A program made the translations under genes and the position numbers. A stretch of DNA of 63,741 bases, filler included, from Octopus bimaculoides (taxonomy: Eukaryota): assembly GCF_001194135.2 (NCBI RefSeq). It is 7 parts of 5 records of this genome, joined end to end, with 100 filler letters (N's around TTAATTAATTAA, not from the genome) between each part and the next. Parts side by side here need not be neighbours in the genome. Positions count along the whole stretch, not along the records: positions 17,151 to 34,042 come from NC_068981.1; positions 34,143 to 38,784 come from NC_068989.1; positions 38,885 to 44,692 come from NC_068983.1; 4 more parts are not named here. One strand, written 5' to 3'. The notes beneath the pieces are model-generated. The model worked only from the letters and a program-made list of their open reading frames with translations. It did no database searches and was not told the origin of the DNA. Shown in pieces: positions 25,921 to 40,164 of this stretch (positions are counted from its first letter, which is position 1; the number at the start of each line of letters is the position of its first letter).

Positions 25921-28020
25921 CCTCTCGATAGATACATACACATATATATTCATCTCACTATCTGCTAATACATTTATCATGTTATTTATATGTATTTTAT
26001 TGCTCCTCTTCATCTAGCTATCTATCGAATTGCACACTCACGCTCAAATATGCGTGCATACATATATCTGTGTGTGTATGTATGTATGTGTGTATCTATG
26101 TATGTATGTATGTATGTAAGAGTGTATGTACGTGTTTGTGTGTGCGTATGTATATTTGTGTGCATGTAATGTATTTGTGTGTGTGCTGTGAACTGTGCAG
26201 ATGTCAATGTGGGTATGTGTTTATATTTAGTATCCCTATCCTTCGATCCCTATTAGAATCTTAACAAATGCTTAACTTAACCACACCATGCGCAAATTCA
26301 TGTCAATCCTTGCCCCACATGCATGCAGTCTCTATATTTGATAATACTATGGCCTCTTCTCTTCAACACTGGCTGAATTCGAGGCTTCTCATCTGAGGAA
26401 CACTCAATGAAAAGTATATTTTATCATTACCTCCCCCATTGTATATGTTGCTGACGTGCAGTGCTATAAGAGGAATTTGAATGATATGAACGCCACTGCG
26501 AAAGTGGTGATCATACACTTCCCTCTACCCCAAATAAATGAAAGGGTTATTTATCTGATAACTTTTCATAATAACCATGCATCAATGATATAGTTAAAAG
26601 TGTTCTTTAGATCAAGCCTCCCTCTTCAAAAGTTCGTAGCAACATAGGTGTGATCAGAGGTTGGTAACGAACAAAGTACCAGTGTGCTTAACTTTGGAAA
26701 TTTTGCTTTTGTATATGAGGCAGAAGCTCTTCAATGCTTAGAGGAGTGACTGCATGCAAAAAGGAATCATGTTTTTGAATGGTAAATCTTTATAACTAAA
26801 TAAGCCACTCTCCCCACCTTGTGTAATATTTCGTGTCCTACTATATTGGTACTTCTCTTCCAAACAAGCTACCGATCTACAACCTTCTAAAAATAGAAGA
26901 CATTTTTCGTGCTGATTCAGAGATGGCACCTACGCAAAGGTTACACTCAAATTCATGAAGCTTTCTATATTTTTACTTGAAGCATGCCCACTGTCCAGTA
27001 AGTGCCAAAAGTAAATGGAGATAAAAAGTTAAAAAACACAAAATGATTTTTAACTTTTAGCTCCATGTCCAAAGTATTGAAGTGAAACAGAAAATGTAGA
27101 CCATAACGTGATTTACTATAACATTCAGAAGGAATTTGAATGCAATAACTACACACGGAAGGTGAAAAAATCGTTGGAAGCAAGTAATCAGGCAACAATA
27201 TATTTATAGATATACAAGCAAACGACGTAAACAAATGTGTAGTATTAACAAATCCCAACAAAGCATATCAAACACAAGTGGAGCAGTCTCCGTTTCTCAC
27301 TACATATACTTGTAGCCCCTTACAGGATAAAAACATTCAAAAGGCTGTGCTCTCGGAACTCAATAACTGATATAAGAGACGACACATTAGAACAACACAA
27401 ATAGCTTAAAATAAACAGCTTAAGGAAATAAATTCATAAAGCAGGCACGGTTAAGAAGTACGCATTGCAATCAAGTTCTGGATAAGCGTGTCTGTATCTT
27501 CCATCTGTGTATATGGTATATAGGTGAAAGACGTAAACATTTTCGAGAAAGCAAATAAAATCGGTCACTTGGAACGAAATTACATTTCTCTTGTCTGCAC
27601 AGATGTTCTCATTTGGTTTCTTGTATCGTGAATACAGTAAATTAATTATTGTTCTATGATAAACCTATAAGGGACCAACCTATTTTCTTGTAAATTCGTT
27701 ATAAAATAAATTTCAATATAGGTATTTAAATTCGTAAATGTAAAATTACAATGGCAGCAGTATAGAGTTTATATGGAAAATTCTTTAAATGTGTCTGGAA
27801 TATTGAGAAAGAATTCATTGCCGCGAAGTATTTTGCCCGTTTGGGCTAACGATTCCGCCAGCACACCGCATTAGTAATATGAAAAATACTGTAAGAATTT
27901 GCTGCTGAATCAGTGCAAGTTTTCTGTCAAAGATTAGTTTTCTCAAAAACTGCATACATTAATTTGGAAAATTCCTATTCCCGTATTTACTTTAAGGAAT
28001 CGTGTTTATTAGAACAGTAC

Positions 28021-28083
<63 letters not shown>

Positions 28084-28088
<5 letters not shown>

Positions 28089-28320
28089 AAATACTTGAAA
28101 ATGGATGCGTGGCGTTCAATCACATAATAATACAAATATGACTGAACACTATTCAAATTTTTTTTCTCCGTGTTTTTCTCCTTGTCTCCGTATTCTTTCT
28201 GTTGAAGAGTGTAGCTCGAAACGTCAAAGACTTTCCGTATTCCCGAGCGTCATACTAATATATACTTTTGTTATTTACACCACCTGTCCTCGTCTGTTGT
28301 TATTATTTGTATATTCTCCC
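28084..28320 (+). mobile_element. PLE pseudo-LTR tail with minimal hammerhead (core 28199-28205, GUC at 28223-28225)
   Basis: Near-identical to 9712-9876. Stem II is GAGT/GCTC (G-U tolerant change). Ends in (TA)n. Confidence 0.75.
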
Positions 28321-28887
28321 ATATATATATATATATATATATATATCTTCCTCAACTAAATATAAACACATAACATCATATAGAACACCACTAATCTTCC
28401 ATTTAATATCACTAACCCCCATACATCCCATACACCATTCACACTACAAATCCAGATTACCCTAATTGCACCAAATCCAGAACTACTTACCTCCCTTACA
28501 CATAAACTTTTTACTAAGGGACTAATAGACTNNNNNNNNNNNNNNNNNNNNNNNNNNNNNNNNNNNNNNNNNNNNNNNNNNNNNNNNNNNNNNNNNNNNN
28601 NNNNNNNNNNNNNNNNNNNNNNNNNNNNNNNNNNNNNNNNNNNNNNNNNNNNNNNNNNNNNNNNNNNNNNNNNNNNNNNNNNNNNNNNNNNNNNNNNNNN
28701 NNNNNNNNNNNNNNNNNNNNNNNNNNNNNNNNNNNNNNNNNNNNNNNNNNNNNNNNNNNNNNNNNNNNNNNNNNNNNNNNNNNNNNNNNNNNNNNNNNNN
28801 NNNNNNNNNNNNNNNNNNNNNNNNNNNNNNNNNNNNNNNNNNNNNNNNNNNNNNNNNNNNNNNNNNNNNNNNNNNNNNNNNNNNNNN

Positions 28888-28945
28888 TTTCATTTATATT
28901 ATTATATGATTGAACCCCGCGCATCCATTTCCAAGTAACTTTATC
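28888..28945 (-). mobile_element. Inverted copy of the 28084-28132 PLE-tail leader, truncated by gap
   Basis: Reverse complement GATAAAGTTACTTGGAAATGGATGCGCGGGGTTCAATCATATAATAATA vs GATAAAAATACTTGAAAATGGATGCGTGGCGTTCAATCACATAATAATA. Confidence 0.7.
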
Positions 28946-28977
28946 TTAATAATTTTTATGCGACTCTGCCCTGTGGT

Positions 28978-29014
<37 letters not shown>

Positions 29015-29085
29015 TTCGTTTCTCTCTCTTCCTTTCTCTAATTCTTTTTTCTCCCCTTCACCGTTTTCTATATGTTTCTCCCTTT

Positions 29086-29118
<33 letters not shown>

Positions 29119-32059
29119 TTCTCTCTCTCTCTCTCATTGCTCACACGTGACCATCGTCGTCCATCTCCCATATATATATATACATATATGTGTATATGTG
29201 TATATATACATACATATATATGCACGTATATATGCATATATATATATATATATATACATTTTATCTATATTATATATATTTGTGTGTCTGTGTGTATGTG
29301 TGTGTATGTAGGTACGTATGTATGTATGCATGTATGCATGCATGTATGTATGTATCTATGTATTTATGTATGTGGATATATATCCTTGCAAATAAGATTT
29401 TTTAATAAAATATAATTATGGTGACTCAAAGACAACAAAATATGTATATCATTTGGAGTTAAATACGTGTGTCATTTTGGGGAATATTTCATTCTTATTT
29501 GACTTTATCAGTAACGCAGTGTTAAGATTATCCCTTAATTCTTTATATCAATTTGTGTTCCACATCGTAACATTACGTAGGGATTCTTCCATCATTTCCG
29601 CATATATTATGATGTCTATAATTGTTTGAGCAAGGATAATAGGACTAAAACATGTTCCAAACTATCTTCCAAACTTGTAAAATAACTAAGACAATATAAT
29701 TGACTTAGCTGATGTCCTCATTCCATTCTGCATAAATATTTCTAATTAAGTTGTCAAATGTTGTTACATTGAATACGTTAGTACTAATTTTACTATTGTT
29801 TTCATAAGACTGCCGTCTCTAAACAAATTCAAGGATTTCTATTTATAACAAAATATTTACAGTCAGGTTGGAGCAGAATCCAACAGAAATTTATCTTTGA
29901 TTCAGTGCACATTTGTTTTTTTAGGTTCATAAGCTTTCGAACTCAAACATTCATGTATATAGTTGAAGAGTTGTTTGATTTCCGTCATCAGTTCTAGACA
30001 TATATAATCGTATTAACTACAACGAATATTTATATCTTTTAATTTAGATTGGTGATATATTTTAAATAAGAGTCGATAGAGGTGTCATTTGAATGACCAC
30101 GAAGAAAGTGCATCGAAGTTTGGAATCCACCAGGCTAGAGGAAATAGAATCACACAGGAATATGTTTAAAATCTATAGGTGAATTTGTGTTCTCATCTTT
30201 ATTTCATAGAATTTTAAAATTTTATCTAGAAGGTAAATATGAGATGAATCAAATATTACTATTAGTCAAGGAATTATAATAGTTTCTTTTTCCCGATAAG
30301 TACGGTATATATTTCGAGATATGTTCATACCTTATTTTGGCTTACTTACTGACGCATATTCTTCATAAAATTTGCCGGAGTAATCATTAAAGAATTACTA
30401 TGCTGTATGAAAATAGAATTGCTTAGAAATTATAGAAATGAAAAATATAATCTGCATGAACGACATGGAATAGGTTAATGCTAGCACACTTAATAAAGAT
30501 AGCTGTTAAAATCGCATATTTTTAAATAATATTAATCTCTCACGAATGATATGCAGATTTTTCACTGAGTATTACTCTTTAGTTAACGTTTAATGATTCA
30601 TGAAGTAAACGTGTTTATTCCATAGAACTGGCTCAATATCAGAAAGGAAATCGGATCATAGAATTGGTTCCCCGTGAGATTAGTGTGAGCAAAAACCAAG
30701 AACAATGCCATTAACCGCCAAATGAACATCTTCCTGTAATTCTGGCACAAGAGTAGTCGTGGTTGAGATTTCACTTACGTTGTGTCTTCTCTGATATCTC
30801 TCTCAAGGGAAATGCGTTTGAAATTAAAAACCAAAACTCCATGCCATTGTATACACAAATCTGTTTGTATTATTCATATAAAAGATGAATGAATGGATGT
30901 TTGGATTGTGGGAAAAGCGTATAGATTTCGTGTATTTTATACAGTATTGGTCAACAGATGGTCAATATATTTTATATCGACATAATAAATGGAGAAAATG
31001 TTTTATTCACATATGCCAGGTGTCTGTATTTGAGAGAGTGAATACGAGAGATAAACAGAATAAGAGACAATGGACTTGTGTAAATGAAAGAAAGATGGGA
31101 ACGTAGAAATTAAAAAGAGAAAAAAAAACGTGCACATTTCTGTAGGTCTATTTGTGTTAGACAGAAATGGAAAAGGCGTCAGGGGTGCAAAAGGGGAGGT
31201 GTGGTTAACTGTGTGCTTTTTCTTTTTATTTCTTCAGTGAGAGAATGAATGTTTCATTGCGTGTCAAAGCGAGTAGTTAAACGTCTGCTAGTCTGTATGG
31301 GTAGATTCTAAATGAGAAACCAGAGACAAAAGGAAAATAACGAAACATTAATCAGAAGAAAATACACATGCCACGTACTGAGGGACAATTCTTTCAGAAG
31401 ATAGCAAATAAATTGATTTATGAAAAGAAAAACTCAAAGAATTTATCACTGAGATTTAAAAGGCCACGCTTGTACGCAAGTATGCATATATCTGCGTGAA
31501 AATGCTCATAACATACGCCTCACATATACGGAACTATATGTATAATTATGTTATTTTTCTACGTCTTTAAATTTAGTTATACATTTAAAAACAGACACAA
31601 AGTCAAAGTCCCACTACTGGCATTCATTTTGATTACTGAAATAGTAAAGAGTCAGATGCTAAACTGCACAGATTTACAGAAACAAAATATTTTTCTTCGA
31701 AAATCATATCATCTTGAGTATATTATTTGAACATTTAATAATATAACCCAGTGAGCCAATATTCATAAAAGCATAGGCAAAATCTGAGTAATTGTCTTTC
31801 AGGTTTTTAAGCAGTTCATCAGAAACGGTCTCTTTCCTACTAATTTTAAAGATAACATGATTTTTGTTTTCTGTCCCAAACAACTAAACCAATTTTTTTG
31901 TCTTCACATTCAGTAAAGTGAATGCTGGTAGGTTTGTCTATTATGTTAGTTAATGCTGTAATGATGCGTTTTTGTTTGCTTGTTTTTTTTTTCTTTTTTG
32001 TCGTTTTATGTCTTTTCTTTTCACAGCAATCTTTCATACAGATGGCATTGTATACTGTG

Positions 32060-33130
32060 AAACTTTGATTCAATGTTGATGTTTCATCGGACCTTCACTC
32101 AGGCACTTTCTATTCATTTGTATCTCGTCCTCCCGACTTCCATATCGCCTTCCTCTCAGAAACCAGCACTAACCACAACATCCGCGTCTTGTAAGGTCAT
32201 TATCCAATCTGTAAATGGTTCCTTCTTGCATCGCTCAACCCTCATGATTTCAGCTTTCCAAATTGCATTAATACTGCAGAAACCTCCTTTTCCATTTTTC
32301 ACAACAAAAGATCAATAAGCACTACCTACACGAAGAAATCACGAAACTATATTGCTGCTTTGTATCCTAATCCACAATTACACCCATGACCAATCCTTTC
32401 CAAGCGATGATACTCTCCACCTCGCACACACACACATGACAAGTGCAAAAGTACCTAAGTTAACTTCAAACCAACAAGGCCATCAGGTCTAACATGATAT
32501 TTTCAATTGCACTCAAGTATTGCTGTCCAGAACTTGTCCTATGTCACCAAACTCTTACATCTTTCCATCTCCACAAGGATTGTACTTTTCAGTGTTTCAT
32601 TGTAAATAGAATCAGTGTGTCATTGTAAATAAAAACAACCTCTCTGACCAAATCAACGATCGTTCTATTGTGTTTACTTGTACCATTTCTAGAGTCTGGC
32701 GACAATCATTAACAATGGTGCTCTGTTCGTCAACATCTTAGATCTCCTCTATCAGTGATCGCGGTTTCTTCTGAGAACCTACTCTTTCTTATCTGCAACA
32801 GCGAGCTCATGCTTTAGAGAATTTCTGTGAAAGCAAAGCTTTACAAGCATGTGCGTAGTTTTGGAAAGTGGGTGAGATCTCCCAGTGTTGTGGGTCTTGT
32901 TCTTATGATCGAAATACTGCAGCTTGTGAGTCACTTGGGGTAATTACAGCATAGAACTTCTTTGTATGACCGACGTTGAGAGACATGACTAACGGGATAA
33001 TTTGTATATAACTGGGTGAATACAGACCAATTGGATTATTAAGGTCCCATATTGTTCTGTGGGGTACAGTATAGTGTATGATTGCGTGTTGGGTATTTTG
33101 TCGGACGGCTTTATAAGTGAAGCAGACGTT
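32060..33130 (-). mobile_element. Highly decayed Penelope-like RT remnant
   Basis: Scattered minus-strand motifs in the expected order: LIKPSDK (cf. IIKPADKG) and KGLVMG (cf. GLAMG). Many stops and frameshifts. Confidence 0.35.
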
Positions 33131-33993
33131 ACGGTGTGGTATAGGTTAAGTACTGAAATGAGAGAGATAGAAAAATTCTGAAGTGTCTGTGTCGGTCTGG
33201 AATGCGAGTAGGGCTGAAAGAATAAGAGCATTGGGGAATTGTGAGCGGAGAACATACTAGAGTCGAGGCATTCGGAGTGAGCAGAGGTGAGTATATGCCA
33301 GAGTATATATGTTCAAGGCGATGGTGATGGTTTGAAGTGTTCGGCGAACAACAAAGGGAGAAGATATATTTGAGTGGGGAAGGTGAAAGGAGATAAATTT
33401 AAGCTAGAATAACTGGAGCGCGTTATTGCAGATATCCAAATGGGAGAGGTGAATGACAGGGAGGGTGGAGCCTAAGTATGCGCAGAAGCGCGCGCGCGCA
33501 CACACACACAAACACACACACACACACGCACTTACATATATAAGACTATAAAGTTTCTGGTGACATCCCGCATTCTGAAATATGTTATTTTTAGATCTAC
33601 ACTACATTTCGTAAGGATTTATCTCCGACCTTCGACAGGTGGCTTATTTTTTAATATGTACATTATGCCACAGTTTTTCGCGTATGACACCAATAATACT
33701 ATAAATAATTTCTCAAGCTGGTACATCACACTCATTTCACACTCATTTTCACATAAAAATAATTTCATCAGCTCCAGTTAATTGCATTTAATGCAATACA
33801 TGTATGTTTCTTAGTTGTCAAATTCCATCAGTTTTTTGTCAAATCAAGGAAGGTTACATACTATTCCGGTGAGATTTGAAAACAGAAGATGGAGGTTTAA
33901 AATTAGATAATGTATTGGCAACGGGACAAACCTTTTGCTTTTCTTCTGCACTGTGCTTTTCTCCATATTTATGTATCTCTCTCTCCCTCTCTC

Positions 33994-34042
<49 letters not shown>

Positions 34043-34142
34043 NNNNNNNNNNNNNNNNNNNNNNNNNNNNNNNNNNNNNNNNNNNNTTAATTAATTAANN
34101 NNNNNNNNNNNNNNNNNNNNNNNNNNNNNNNNNNNNNNNNNN

Positions 34143-34189
<47 letters not shown>

Positions 34190-35074
34190 GTTGTGTGTTT
34201 ATAAATATATGGGCGATGAAAAAAATTGGGACAATACGGCATGTATAAATGATAGCAAATAATTTTCTTTCACGCTTAGAAAGGAAGGAAATGTGTAAAT
34301 TGTCTTACTGTTTCGAGTTCTATTCCTTCCTCAGGAGAAACGTGTTAAACAGAAATAAATTTGAAATGTAAAAGAAGGAAATTGTTTGAGAAAAGATTGA
34401 CGGTTAAAACGGGTGAGTGATACGCACCAGGTAAGACTGCGAGGTAGAATGCGAGGAAGTGTGTATGTGCGCACATATAGCAGTTGCATTTGTATATGGT
34501 TACACAAACAGGAATATAGGCAGGCAGATCGTTCAATCAACATCTATTTAAATAGTCACCAAGTAAGTTCTATAATTCCGGGTTGACCAAAGTTTTATGA
34601 ATGGATTCGGTAGATGGAAAATGAATAAAGTCCGTCGAATATATATTTATATTCATCGGGCTTCGTCCAGTTTACGTCTACGAAATCTAGTTTGATAGAT
34701 AGATAGATCGATCGATCGATAGATATATAGATGGATAGATAGATAAATTATAGATAGATAGACAAATAATTTTACATGTCTGCCTGCAATTTATTGATGT
34801 AAAACCAATTATGCAAGAATATAGAATTAGGTATTCATAATTGACATGAGAATAAGTTTCAAATGATGAAAGGTTAAATAATTAAAGATGGACAAAGAAA
34901 AAGTCACAAATCTTTAGAGTAGAAATAATAGCTAAGATAAGTTAGAGATATGTTATTATATGCATCAGCACGATATTTGCATGTAGATGGCGCTTGTGTG
35001 TACTCAGATCCACAGAAGTTAACAAGACAATTAATAGAATTCAATGGGAATACTATAATGTTCCTCAGAGTTTT

Positions 35075-35660
35075 AAGGCGGTGAGCTGGCAGAGATTTTA
35101 CCACGTTGGACAAAACGTTTAGCGACATTTTACCCCTCTTTCTGTTCTGAGTTCAACTTCCGACGAGGTCGACTTTGCCCTTTGGAGTCGATAAAATAAG
35201 TACCAGTTGAGCAGCAGAGGGTGATGCGGGTGTGCGATGTAATCGATTCGTTCCATACCCGATAATACTGGCCTTATGACAAACTTTGAAGCCATATATG
35301 ACACCGAGTTGGCAGAATCGTTAGCAGCATTACATCTGACTTGAAGCTTCGGGTTCAAATTCCATCTTTTCAGGGTCGATAAAATAAGTACCGGTTGATC
35401 ACTGAAGTCGATTAGATCGCCTTATCCCCTCGCTCGAAATTGCTGGGCTTCTGTCAAAAGCTGGAAACGATATTACAATGTTACTTTTACACCAGTAGCT
35501 TTCCGTTCGCTGAATTAGCGGTGTCGTTAGAGCTTCGAAGAAAATTCCCAGCATTATTTGTTCTATCTTTGACTCTCTGAGGCTTGAATTAAAACCTACA
35601 AAAGTCAGCTTTGACTGTCAACCTTTCTACGTCTATAAAATGTATCATTTCGAGCGGTAC
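35075..35660 (+). mobile_element. Three tandem tRNA-derived (Nin-like) SINE copies of decreasing integrity
   Basis: Copies at ~35075-35250, 35306-35474 and ~35500-35660. Shared GTCGATAAAATAAGTACC and head GAGCTGGCAGA. Confidence 0.75.
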
Positions 35661-36017
35661 ATTGACGAAGGTGAAAAATTGTTGCACCGGATGCCTTGCG
35701 ACATTTCTTCTGGCTCTTTCCATTCTAGGTTCAAGTCCTGAAATAGCATTTTTGTGCAGGAAACTTAGTCTGAAACCCGGTTTAATGCTTCCGCCCTCCT
35801 TTCTGTTTGAATGTCTTTAACGGACACCATTCTTCTGCAAGCTTCCAGGTCAGCCTTCCGTTCTGACGATGCCTTCTCTCATCCGGAAAAAAGGCTCAAA
35901 GGACTCTTAAAGGGTTTTAAGCGCTGCTTTCCTGTCTGTCGAAAAGTAAAATTTGCACATCATTAGAGACTGCCAGGATCTTTATTGCCATATGCACACA
36001 GACACACACAGACACAG

Positions 36018-36051
<34 letters not shown>

Positions 36052-36111
36052 ACACAGACACACACAGACACGCACACACATACACATACACACGAACATA
36101 TCAGGTTTCAT

Positions 36112-36232
36112 ACAGTTTCCGTCTATCAAATCTACTTAGAAGATTTTGGTCGGCCAAAGACCAAAGTACAAGACATTAATCGAAGGTGCCCCGCAGTGGG
36201 ACTGAACCCGAAGCAATAAGGTTAGGAAGCAA

Positions 36233-36233
<1 letters not shown>
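36112..36233 (-). mobile_element. CORE-type tRNA SINE
   Basis: Minus strand GGTTCAGTCCCACTGCGGGGCACC...GATAGACGGAAACTG. Confidence 0.7.
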
Positions 36234-36274
<41 letters not shown>

Positions 36275-37182
36275 NNNNNNNNNNNNNNNNNNNNNNNNNN
36301 NNNNNNNNNNNNNNNNNNNNNNNNNNNNNNNNNNNNNNNNNNNNNNNNNNNNNNNNNNNNNNNNNNNNNNNNNNNNNNNNNNNNNNNNNNNNNNNNNNNN
36401 NNNNNNNNNNNNNNNNNNNNNNNNNNNNNNNNNNNNNNNNNNNNNNNNNNNNNNNNNNNNNNNNNNNNNNNNNNNNNNNNNNNNNNNNNNNNNNNNNNNN
36501 NNNNNNNNNNNNNNNNNNNNNNNNNNNNNNNNNNNNNNNNNNNNNNNNNNNNNNNNNNNNNNNNNNNNNNNNNNNNNNNNNNNNNNNNNNNNNNNNNNNN
36601 NNNNNNNNNNNNNNNNNNNNNNNNNNNNNNNNNNNNNNNNNNNNNNNNNNNNNNNNNNNNNNNNNNNNNNNNNNNNNNNNNNNNNNNNNNNNNNNNNNNN
36701 NNNNNNNNNNNNNNNNNNNNNNNNNNNNNNNNNNNNNNNNNNNNNNNNNNNNNNNNNNNNNNNNNNNNNNNNNNNNNNNNNNNNNNNNNNNNNNNNNNNN
36801 NNNNNNNNNNNNNNNNNNNNNNNNNNNNNNNNNNNNNNNNNNNNNNNNNNNNNNNNNNNNNNNNNNNNNNNNNNNNNNNNNNNNNNNNNNNNNNNNNNNN
36901 NNNNNNNNNNNNNNNNNNNNNNNNNNNNNNNNNNNNNNNNNNNNNNNNNNNNNNNNNNNNNNNNNNNNNNNNNNNNNNNNNNNNNNNNNNNNNNNNNNNN
37001 NNNNNNNNNNNNNNNNNNNNNNNNNNNNNNNNNNNNNNNNNNNNNNNNNNNNNNNNNNNNNAGAGAGAGAGAGAGAGAGATAGAGAGAGAGACAAACAAA
37101 TAGAATAATACATAGATTAATAGATAGAAAGATAGACAGATAGAGTGATAGATAGATAGACAAGTATAGTTATGTATAAACG

Positions 37183-37290
37183 ACGGGCTGTTTTCAGTTT
37201 CCGTCTCCTAATTTCACTCACCTGGCATTGGTCGGCTTTAGTAGAAGACACTTGGTTGTTGTGGCGTGCGATGAGACGTTGCAAAGCGAG
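37183..37290 (-). mobile_element. CORE-type tRNA SINE fragment
   Basis: Homologous to 36112-36233 and 60192-60320. Confidence 0.6.
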
Positions 37291-38268
37291 CTTATAAATG
37301 ACAAAACAAAGCTTGCATATCCTTTTAATAATACAAAGACATGACACATAAAATGTCCGTACAGTCATAATAATTGATGACTTCACTCAGTAGATTAGTG
37401 GGGGTGAGAGTTTATACTAAAAAAGAAGAAATGTTAGTTTTTATTTCAATTTTGTGATATAATAATGTAGTGTCTTGTGTATGGGGCGGGGGTCATTGCA
37501 CCAATAATAATAAACACACGCACTGGTTCAATATCAGTTCTTTTCTGTTGTTATAAGTCAATTAGTTAAATATCTAATCGACTAACTAACCGGTCGTATG
37601 TTCAATGTGTTGATTAAAAAATATTCCATCTTCACATGGCGTAGTTGATGCTCTGAGGGTTTTGATTTGACAGAGCAATATTTCTTAGGAGAGGAATGGC
37701 CCCAATTATACAGGAGAGCAGCTGAATTTTCAAGCAGGACGAGAGAACATGTAAATAAATATTAGTTGGCACATGTACAGAGTTTTCTGAAATTTATGTA
37801 CAACTACCTACGTATATATAAATACAAACATATTTAAACTATTCACTATGAAATAAGTAATCAAAAGTTCCATACGAAAACTAAATAAATGACAAATTCT
37901 GAATACAAATATTTTTTCAGTAAACATGGATTATTTTGAATAAAGAAACACAAAGCCAAAAATATTTTTTTTAAATGTATTTCAATCGAAAAACACGCAA
38001 AGCAAAGATATAAATATATGTATAGATACATGTAGTCGTATAAATACATATATGTTAGAACATAATGAGAAAATTTGCAAAACACATGTTCTGCGAGAGA
38101 ACAGAATCAAATGTAATAAATTTAACAAAACTAGGCGAATTGAAAACTTTAGTGAATATATAAAATATTAGACACACGTGCATACATTCACACACCTATA
38201 CATACATAGAGATGTGTATATGTATGTGTATGTGCATATCTCAATAGAAACATTATTATCTCTCATGC

Positions 38269-38316
<48 letters not shown>

Positions 38317-38751
38317 TATTATTTATGCATTATATATTAATATGTATCTATCTATATATAAAGTATATATATGTATATATATCTACATATGCATACATAT
38401 TGAAATATATATGTATGCGTATAAGCACACACACATACCACATACGCGCACACACACATACCACATACGCGCACACACACAAATATATATATATTATACC
38501 CATACAGACATTTATAAATGTATATAAGTTTAGATATATATATGTATACGTTTACTTGTGTGTCTATGTGTGTATGTATGTGTATGTGTGTGTGTGTCTG
38601 TGCCCCTGTGTGTGTGTGTGTGCGTGTTTGTCGGTGCGTGCGTGTTGTTAATTTTTTAAACTACAATTTTCGACATATAGTCGCTGAAATAATTGAGTTT
38701 CGTGTTATGGCGTTTGAAAATTCAAAAGGAAAACTTATCTCCGAATATATA

Positions 38752-38784
<33 letters not shown>

Positions 38785-39204
38785 NNNNNNNNNNNNNNNN
38801 NNNNNNNNNNNNNNNNNNNNNNNNNNNNTTAATTAATTAANNNNNNNNNNNNNNNNNNNNNNNNNNNNNNNNNNNNNNNNNNNNTATATATAAATATAAA
38901 ATGTATGCATGCATGTATGTATATAATTTGTTTGTGAGTGTGTTTGTACGTATGTATGTATGCAATCTGGGTATATGTATATATATATGTGTATGTATAA
39001 ATGTACGTGTATATATATGTGTGTGTGTGTGTGTGTGGTATGCCTTGCTGCGTTCAGCTATTAGGTATATCTATCAATGTGAGTGTGTGTTTGTGGAATT
39101 TGAAACGAAGAATATAATATTTCAATTATATCAATCTTCGAATTCCATCTACATTGGCAACAATAGCTTCAACAAAACCACCAATAACTATATCAAATGA
39201 ATAT

Positions 39205-39325
39205 AGGTTTCAAATTTTGTCAGAGCGCCAGCAATTTCAGTGGTGAGTGTAAGTCGGCTACATGGATCCCAAATTTTCTACTGGCACTTATCAATCCCGA
39301 AGGGATGAAAGGCAAATTCGACGGC
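39205..39325 (-). mobile_element. tRNA-derived (Nin-like) SINE 3' fragment
   Basis: CGAAGGGATGAAAGGCAAA and CCAGCAATTTC shared with 11760-11976. Confidence 0.6.
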
Positions 39326-40164
39326 TAAAAAACAAATTCCTTTGTTCAGTCTATTTGATCTAAGAGTTCGATGCACAGACGGAGTGTTTATGAGCTATCA
39401 TAAACACTCGGTAGTTTATAATGTCACCACTCATAGGATCGAGTGAGTAGAAGAGGTAGAATGGTCAACAACTACTGTATATTGTTTTCATCCAACTCTA
39501 GCAACACACAGTTCATTGTTCAGTGATCTTTTCCCCTTTCGCCCACTCCCTTCTTTATTCTTCTTTCCATCTCTCTCTCTTTCTTTCTTTCTCTCTCTCG
39601 ATCACTGCTGGCTGTTAACAATGCACTCTAATTAAGATATCACAATAGGTGTGTGTTTAACTTATTGTTTTTCAAGGAAAGATTAAAAGTTAAACCAAGT
39701 ATAATTAAAGGAGAGATAAAAGTACACTGACAGTCTCCATTCATTTAATCGTTTCATAGCAGCTGTAAATCAAACACATTGAAGACACAAAACTTTCCGA
39801 ACATCATTTACAAATAACACATTTTTGTTTTTTATTTCATTTTTTGCTTTCGTTTTACTGTAATTTATTTTATTTCATTCAAAATACGCAATCAGTATAA
39901 TTTTAGCTTTTTCTCTTTCGTCTTATATTCTATAGATTTAATTGCATTTACATATCAGCATTTTCTGTTTACTTACATGCTTGTATATCTTCTGAGTACG
40001 TTCTTTTCACAATTGTTGTCGATAGTGTATGAGAATCTCCTGCCTAAAATCTAGTATCATCTACATATACCAAACCCCACACTAGTAGGCTTAATTGCAT
40101 ACTTCTTGTGCACAAATAACATTTCATTAGACAAATATATCATCGTGTGTTTTATAAGCATAGT

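Noticed and set aside
30598-30729. 43-codon minus-strand ORF with a signal-peptide-like start (MFIWRLMALFLVFA)
   Set aside because: Short, with no splice or homology support; hydrophobic ORFs arise readily in T-rich DNA.
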